Of a stretch of DNA of 64,000 nt, positions 53,570 through 64,000 are shown piece after piece (the first letter of the stretch is position 1; each line of letters opens with the position of its first letter). The stretch comes from Octopus sinensis. Taxonomy: Eukaryota. Both the position numbers and the translations under genes were made by a program. The notes beneath the pieces are model-generated. The model had not been told where the DNA came from. It worked only from the letters and a program-made list of their open reading frames with translations, and did no database searches. The stretch spans positions 2,108,001 to 2,172,000 of the forward strand of contig NC_043005.1 of NCBI RefSeq assembly GCF_006345805.1, written 5' to 3'.

Positions 53570-55269
53570 TGTGTGTGTGTATAAGTAATCTCTTTCTACT
53601 CAACATTAAACACCATGCAAGAATGTTTTCAGTGATTTTCTCTCACTTTTTAAATATTCGCCAGTTGCGATTTATACTCGTGTTCATCGCCTATTTTGCG
53701 TAGTTTCGACAGAGAAGACTTCAGTATTGTGGCCTCATCTAGAAGTCAGCCGCTTCGGAGAGGTTCATTCCCGATTGTTTTAAGGTATCTTAAAATATTT
53801 TTCATAAAATTCTCAAACCATTTCTTCTTTATATTTTCACCTTACAACATTAAAACTGCAAGTAATTCCAATTACTTAACAAGTAGACGCTATTTTCCAT
53901 AAACAAAGGAATCGTTACTTATTTTCCCGGCGTCAAATTGTTTTGTATACATTGTTATTGTTTTTATTGTTGTCATTTCACCCTCTGGGATATCCTTATA
54001 AACTTGTTTAAAATGCCACTTTTTCATCTATAAATCCTACGTTTACTAATTTGACAATCAATTGCTCTCAAATATTTTTCTATTTAAATTTGTTTCTCTT
54101 ACAAACGGTTTATATGTCTTCTTTCTATCAATATTTTCAAACTCTTTCTGCTCTCTTACCATTATGCAAACTAACTCATTTACAAATCATATGTTATCTA
54201 CTTAGGATTAGTGTCAAGGGACTCGATTATTGAAAATGTTTTCTATATTTATTTTTTTTTTACTTTTGGCAGTTTCTTTGTTAATTTCTTTTTAAAATTT
54301 CTTTTTCCTCAGGTTTCGAATCGTTTTATGGCTTCTGCTTTTGACGATGCATTTCCTTCAACACTTTTCCATTCTCAATACTTTATTTCTTTCATAAACA
54401 TTGCGCTAATGGTTTGCTTCTTATTAATTTTGCCTTTTGTTTAAAAAAACAAAATAAAACAAAAAAATCCTCTGCTTTCTCTTTCCTGGGTCAGATTTCA
54501 AATTCATAAAGTGACATTCTTTTCCAAACATTTGGTTCCGTGTTAGGAGTTACTCTCGACGAGAAGTGGCACATATTGAACTTATATTACGTTTCATAAA
54601 TTGTGTACAATAGAAGAATCAATGCTATATCTATTGGTAGTGAAATAATAGTCTCTCACAAGTGCCTGCCTTATTGGATTTTTTATCTGTTTTCTTTGGG
54701 ATTACAACGACCTTCTCTGTTAACATGAAAGATTTCTGTACAATATTGGTTTATCAAGAAAAATACCTCCCCTCCACCGCCACTTATTTAAAACCCCATT
54801 CCTATGTTCACGCATCAATCTATCAATTTTGGTCCTTCACAACGCTACTCTTACCTGTCTTAAGTCAGTCAAATTACCATGAGGAATCGACAATGTTTAG
54901 GTGTGTGCACCTCCGATTTACAAGGTTTCTAGTGGCAGAAATAAGAACTTGTTTTCATAATATAGTCGACATTTCAGTTCAAAAGGTGGACAATACTTGC
55001 AGAGAAACAGAAACCTGGTTCTGTTACATTATTCAGCCAATGAAATGCTGACAGTGCTTAACAATAGCCTTTAAAATAGATGGTTTCTTTAATTTAGTTC
55101 AAAGAACATGGCAAGAATTTCGTCCAGTCGAATTATCGGGTTCGGATGACAAAAAAACTGTCATATGTTATCGCATTTTCTTGGTTCCTTAATTCCCTCA
55201 AATCCAGTTAACCGATCCAAATCTGTTTCCTCTACTCACAGAATTTCGATTTATTTTTCTATCCTTCCA

Positions 55270-55465
55270 AGCATGACTATGTTGTAAGAAGTTTGCTTCT
55301 CAACCACCTGGTTCCGGTTTCAGTCTCACACCATGGCACCTTGAGCAAGCGTCTTCTACTATGGCCTCGACTTGGCAAGAGAGAACGATAACATGAATAT
55401 TAGGCTTTAGAAAAGTACTGGCGATGCCCAGCATGGCCGCAGTCGAATAGAAACAAGTAAAGGAT
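55270..55465 (+). mobile_element. SINE family A, internally deleted
   Basis: ggttccggtttcagtctc..ggcaccttgagcaagcgtcttctactat..cagcatggccgcagtc. Confidence 0.7.
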
Positions 55466-57084
55466 AGAGCAACAATTAGTCAACACATGGGGCTCCGTTA
55501 AGTTCATCCGTCAATATCAGCTGTGAATGGTCAACGCTAGCGACTCACGTGCGAGTTTTTTTCTATCTGGTGGTGGTAGTGGGAGACCCTAACTGTGCTA
55601 TATATTTGTGTATATGTGGGTATATGTGAATGTCTGAAGGTGTAGGCATGCATAAACATATGTCTATGTATGTATGTATGTATGTATGTATGCATGTATG
55701 AATGTATGTATGTATGAATGTATGTATGTATGCATGTATGTATGTGTGCATGTATGTGACTCTTCTATTTATTTAATTACTATAAATCTTCCACTGAGGC
55801 AGCCGGTTTCCAACAAAGATACAAGGCTTCATCTTTGGGATGTAGTTAACAAAATTCACATTTGTAAGTTGAGAAAAGTCTTGCATATTTTTACTGTTCC
55901 ACTTACGGATTGTACTTGTAATGTACGAATTAGCTAATCGATTTCGCTTTCTGAAAATCCCAGTTAATCCAGGTTTTCCTTTAAGCATTTACTAACAAAA
56001 CTTAGTGCTCCAATTATTATTGGTATGAATATGAATTCATAGTCCGGATATAGACGCTGGAGATTTCGAAACAGTTGTTCACAGATATTTTTTCTTAGAT
56101 TTTCAAAGATATATTTATATCTGCAAGGTAGCTAACCTCTTTGATGGTTCAAACCATTGCTTCTCTATCCCAAACAACAACATCCGGTCTGTTATGTTAA
56201 CATTTAACAGAAGTTTTGATGGGAATATTCCACCAGTATTCCTTGAGTTGGTGTTTATAAATGTATTCCATAACAGAGGGATATTCTAAGTTTATATCAA
56301 GAGTCTTTTTTGTGGATGGGCTTGTAAATTGTTTTAGCAACAACACCGTGCTGCATAGGGCGGTAGTACCGTGACGACATTTTAGGACGGCTGCTAATCA
56401 CATGCGTAATGTCTTCCACAGAAACATGACATAACCTACACACACGGTTGCCCCTTGCGATTACAAGAGCGTCTCTGTCGCTCTTGTTCACCAGGTACTT
56501 TGTGGCAATCTCCTGTTCCTGGATTGCAAAGTATGATGTGATGTAGTGGTCTTGTGTCCAAGAGAGGCTGCGCTTCGTGTCAATTCTACTGTCTTCTTCA
56601 AGCTTCCGGGCAACATACCCATAAATGGTCTTTCTGTTTTGTATGCTGAGTGCTTTACGTCCAGATCTTCTCGGAGGCAAGAGGCCCAGCTGTTTTGGGG
56701 CTGTATAGAAGAACATTAAGAAGAGAGTGCTTCTTTGGAGTTCACTGCCAACGCGTACAATGTTGCTCACTTCACTTTCAGGACTTCATTTATATATTTA
56801 TTTTTGCTGCTGTTGTTTATCGGGTGCTGCCTGATTGATACCATACGGCACCCGAAGGCACTGATCCCAGGCTGCTACCACCTTCATTTCTTAGCTAGAG
56901 CCTGTCAACATCATTGTTTCTGTGGAAATTTCCAGTTGTTGTCAGGATTTTGCAGGTTTTGGTACCTTTGGAGTGGATTTTCTCTACAGACTGATCAAGT
57001 ATCCCAAATGTTGGGATCAGCACGGGCACTGCAAATGCATTGTGGGATTTTGGCTTGTTGTAAGAAGAGAGATAGATCGCTAGC

Positions 57085-57250
57085 CACTTCACATTATTTT
57101 CTCTCCTTGTTTCTTTCTGAGTTCCTTTCTGAGGAAGAGCGTAGGCTCGAAACGTTAAAGACTTTTTTAAAATTTCCCGGGCGTTATACTAATACATATA
57201 TTTGTTGTCTACACCACCTGTCTTCGTCTTTTATTGTTTGTTTTTTTTTG
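57085..57250 (+). mobile_element. PLE-type terminal-repeat fragment inserted in the REL LINE
   Basis: Homologous to 27082-27230; contains a hammerhead-like motif. Confidence 0.7.
57125..57160 (+). ncRNA. Minimal hammerhead-like motif with an extra A after A9
   Basis: cttt-CTGAGGA-a-GAGC-gtag-GCTC-GAAA-CG-TT-aaag. Confidence 0.55.
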
Positions 57251-58994
57251 TGAATTCTTGCCATAATTTCCTAAGTCTGGTGTAATATTCTCGGGTCACT
57301 CTATCTTTATTCACAATACCTTCATATGATACATTCTCGTCTGTGCCTAAGTTCTTGTAACATTCTTTGCGTGGAATAGCGGAGATAGAGAGACCGTTGA
57401 TGCACAGGTTTTGGGTTTGGGGGACTGACTTACCGCGTTCTATAACCAAATATGAGCATTTCTTTTGGTCAAATTCCATGCCTATATCAGCTGAAAATAT
57501 TGCTATTAATTCCAGTTGTTTTTTTGCATTTTTACCCCTTTTAGCATAAATCGTCAGGTCGTCTACAAAGAAATTATGAGTTACATTGATACTTTTAGCA
57601 GTCGAAGATCCTAGCATGTAACCATTTGTTTTCTGCAGTAGGAACGATAATGGATTCAGTGCCAAAATGAAAAGAAGTATCTCCTTGGAATATTCCCTTT
57701 CTAATGCCTATACCATTAGAAACAATTATTCTGCTCTCAAATGTGCGGGTAAGAATTGTTGTCCATGTCTTTGTGAGTCGCTCTATAGCAGCAATTAGGT
57801 AGTGGGTACCTTTACCAGATGTAGGTACTTCAACAGCCATGAATGAAGGTTAGAGTCGAATGCCTTCTTATAGTCAAGCCATACTCTCACAAGGTTTCTG
57901 GTTTGATTCCTTACTTCAGACAGTACAGCTTCGTTTATTAAAAGTTGTTCGGAACATCCTCACACTCCCTTCTTTCCACCAACCTCTTCATCAGTCGCAC
58001 TGTTGTTCGACTCACAATGGTCCTGGAGGAATTGGTTGAATCAACTTGTGTACAGTATGCACTTAATATTTAGGCAAGAAACGGGCCTGTAGTTTCCTGC
58101 CATCTCAGTCATTTCATTTTTGGCAACAAAATTTGTCCTTGCTGTAGCAAGCCAATTTGGTATATCACTCTGACCTTCCATAGTCCTTTTGGACATATAT
58201 ATCAATTGGCTTCTATAAAATGTCAGTTTTTTGTGCCAATGTCCAACTATTAGGTCCCTTCCAGATGCCTCCTCATTCTGAAGTTTCCCTGCTGCTTTAG
58301 CGAAGGTTTCTGCATCAATTTTGTATGTTTTGCTGTTAGTGTTGGTACAGTATTCTCTCTCAGTTGTATTTAGCCATGATGTATTCAGGTTGAAATACCT
58401 CTTTTTGTTCCAAATTTTTGACCAGAATGGCTGTAGACCTTCTTGGGAGGAAACTTTCTTAATGGTAATGTTTTCTTTCCCCATCTCTCTGTATAATGCC
58501 TGTGGGTTGGAAGCAAACTTGCGAGTGATACTGGCTCGTTCAAAAATTCACATGCGATAGTGGAGTTTCTCGCTCATAGTCCTGAGTTTTAAAGTGTTTT
58601 GCTTGCACTCAAGGGCTCGGTGTGAAAGCTAGCAATTAGGCTCCGTTAATTTTTGTCCAAGATAAAGCTGGCGAGCTGTAAACTCATTTTTATCTTTACA
58701 CTTTATTGTTGTAGTTAATCATTCGATACGGCGGCACACGTTGATGTTTTCTTCAAGTTTCGTTTTCCCTCTAGGTTGTTTCCGTTTAATAATTTCCTTA
58801 CTTTGTTCCCTGCAGACTTCACCTAAGTGTTCTTTAAGAGGATTAGCGGCTGTGTATATAAGAATATTAATATTCCAGTAATTAACATCACATGATTCTA
58901 TGTGCTCTCCAGCTACATCGTTGATAGCTTTAAACATTATGAACATGTATGTATGTACGTATGTATGCATGTATGTATGCATACATGTATATAT

Positions 58995-59298
58995 CATGTG
59001 ATCACGTGACCGACCAGACCATCAGATGTTTTACACATTGCTGGTCACAATGCGTTCGCATTGTTTTAGCCTTCGAATGACGCCACCCCGCTGGCTAAGC
59101 GAGCAGGCCAACAGAAGAAAGAGAGAGAGAAAGAGTGGTGAAAGAGTACAGCAGGGATCACCACCCCCTGCCGGAGCCTCGTGGAGCTTTTAGGTGTTTT
59201 CGCTCAATAAACACTCACAACGCCCGGTCTAGGAATCGAAACCGCGATCTTACGACCGCGAGTCCGCTGCTCTAACCACCGGGCCATTGCGGCTCCAC
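58995..59298 (-). mobile_element. Full-length tRNA-derived SINE (family B)
   Basis: Reverse complement begins gtggagccgcaatggcccggtggttagagcagcggactc...ggtttcgattcc (A and B boxes). Confidence 0.88.
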
Positions 59299-62101
<2,803 letters not shown>

Positions 62102-62109
62102 TATATATT

Positions 62110-62391
62110 TCAACAATTGAGGGCAAAATTAATTAATATTAATCAATTTCACCAAGTGTTCAGTATGCAAAGGGACCATTCAAGGCGAATTCAAATTATT
62201 ACATTATATAAAGGGCTTAGTAAAATAAATTACTTTGCCGCATACTGAACTCATTAGAAATAGCAGCTAAAAAACTTTTTAAGGCTATTTTCTTTAAGTA
62301 TTAGAAATAGCCTTAAAAAAGTTTTTTAGCTGCTATTTCTAATGAGTTCAGTATGCGGCAAAGTAATTATTTTACTAAGCCCTTTTATATA

Positions 62392-62393
<2 letters not shown>
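62110..62393. repeat. Fold-back with about 88-bp arms; probable PLE terminal-repeat derivative
   Basis: 62203-62290 is the reverse complement of 62305-62393, apart from two 1-bp indels. Confidence 0.85.
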
Positions 62394-62424
<31 letters not shown>

Positions 62425-62635
62425 AAAAGCAATTAAGATTCAAGTCGATTCTAATGAATTCACTTGAATGCGGTACTTAACTTAGATGCACCAGAAAACT
62501 ATATGGTGTTAACCAATACAGTAGTGTGGAGTGATTAAAGTCTGTTTGCAACCTGAATCTGCTTTTAATGAAATTATCTCCAATACTTCATGAGTGTAGC
62601 CTCACCCACTAAGATGTTTGGAGAACTCATATGTG

Positions 62636-62726
62636 TTTTAGCTGATGAGTACGGGACACTTTTATCTGCTGCAATATTCGCAACTTTTAATAAATCCTGT
62701 CTTTGTATGAAACAATTGTACTAAAA
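62636..62726 (+). ncRNA. Type I hammerhead ribozyme motif
   Basis: ttttag-CTGATGA-gtacgggaca...tgtctttgtat-GAAA-CAATTG-TA-ctaaaa: canonical core, 6-bp stem I, palindromic stem III, stem II rich in G-U pairs. Confidence 0.78.
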
Positions 62727-62755
62727 ACTAATCCATTCTTGTTGCTTCTTTTCTC

Positions 62756-62820
<65 letters not shown>

Positions 62821-62821
<1 letters not shown>

Positions 62822-63490
62822 AACTTAGATAAAACTTAGATATGTTTTGATCAAAGATTGGTCCAGGTCATGTCTAATTTAACAGCACCACCTGATAGGA
62901 TTAGCTAAATCCTTTTGAAGTCAAGTTTTGTGGTATCATGGTCCATTTGAGTAGGGAGTTCCTGTTGAGTAAATTGTATCCAAGTACAGGTGGCTTATCT
63001 GATATTCTCTGAAGAAATTTGTCCAGATTCCGTTTAAAGGTAATAGAATCCATTTCCCCTTTGATCTGTTTTGGGCAATGTTAAATAGGGTTGGGTCTGT
63101 CGGTGAAAAGAAATTGTTGCAGTGTATTTACGTGTTGTGACACTGAATTTGGTAGAGGACCTATGGCCCGTGGTTCTAGCCTTGGATGAATTCTGAAACT
63201 AATGTTGAGGTCGTTCGGGCAATGCTGGTGGTATATCCTCCACATCTGGCAAATGATGTATCGCTCCCGGCGGCACGGGAGAGAATAGAGTTTCAATGCT
63301 TCAAGGCCGTCCCAATAATCGAAGTCAGTCATGCCCTTAATTCCGTTAGTAAATGACCTCTGGGGTGAATCAGTTTTCGAAATGTTTTGTTTGAATGGGG
63401 AGAGCACAGGGAGAAGCACTATTCGAGGTGTTACCGTACAAAAGAGATGAAAAGAGGAATGATGACACCTTGTTCTCTGAACCGGAAGGT
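62821..63490 (-). mobile_element. Old diverged 3' fragment of the same CR1-group LINE lineage
   Basis: PQRSFT..GMTDFDYWDGLEALKLYSL..RRERYII..HQHCPND..IHPRL; tail taacttagataaaacttag. Confidence 0.85.
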
Positions 63491-63604
63491 TTTTAGGATT
63501 CAGGACGTCACCCTACGAGCTATATTGACCTTATTGATGATACGGGACTTCCAGCCGTGATTGTTTTTAACAACTGCTCCTAGGTCTCTGATATTATTAT
63601 TATT

Positions 63605-63665
<61 letters not shown>

Positions 63666-63705
63666 TATTATTATTATTATTATTATTGTTGTTGTTGTTG
63701 ACCCC

Positions 63706-64000
63706 CTTCGGTCACGACACTGACCATGGGATTGCACCTAGAAAGTTACCCTCCTAGTCACAAGTCTGGGCAAGGTTGTTTATAGAAGACCAGCAGTCGC
63801 CCATGCATACCGGTCTCCCCTCTCCACGCAACCAGTGTTATCCAAGGGAAAGGCAACGGCCGATACAGCTTGGCACCTGTGACGTCGCAACTCATTTCTA
63901 CAGCTGAGTGAACTGGAGCAACGTGAAATAAAGTGTCTTGCTCAAGAACACAACACGCAGCCCGGTCTGGGATTCGAGCTCACAACCTCACGATCGTAAG
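63706..64000 (-). mobile_element. tRNA-derived SINE family C (head runs off the window end)
   Basis: Matches 12760-13032; minus-strand B-box-like gagctcgaatcc near 63970. Confidence 0.85.

Larger units (their letters stand above)
55870..58950 (-). mobile_element. Long decayed REL-endonuclease (R4/Dong-like) LINE, interrupted by a PLE-type fragment
   Basis: FWSKIW, GNYRPVSCLN, GIFQGD, FFVDDL, DIGMEF..KKC, CRLC..EDITHVIS, HNRPDVV and IPIIIGAL occur in order across frames. Confidence 0.85.

Noticed and set aside
55775-55835. Minus-strand aagatgaagcc...ggaaaccggct resembling a hammerhead
   Set aside because: No CUGAnGA-type core, no convincing stem I and no UH site.
59200-59298. tRNA-like sequence
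   Set aside because: It is the head of a SINE, continuous with a SINE body, and not a tRNA gene.

Overview
Eukaryotic, microsatellite-saturated, repeat-dominated DNA with no confidently identifiable host gene. The SINE repertoire and (TA)n/(TG)n/(TATG)n/(TAA)n/(GATA)n load look like an octopus (cephalopod) genome; this is an inference from recognition, not a search. Contents: many SINEs; arrays of R4/Dong-like LINE fragments with a restriction-enzyme-like (REL) endonuclease sitting in (TAA)n tracts; two young CR1-group LINE copies plus an old one; a Tx1/L1-clade LINE embedded in a (TATC)n tract; a 5'-truncated Penelope-like element (PLE) with RT C-terminus and GIY-YIG; two full-length decayed mariners and a mariner 3' fragment; and a non-autonomous Helitron. 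The most notable signal, invisible in the ORF track, is a set of at least six unrelated type I hammerhead-ribozyme folds with palindromic stem III. Several lie in fold-back (inverted) pLTR structures within (TA)n. They include a U3-A8 compensatory core variant and a variant with an extra A after A9. All folds were read by eye and none was computed or tested. Most short ORFs in the track are translated microsatellites.
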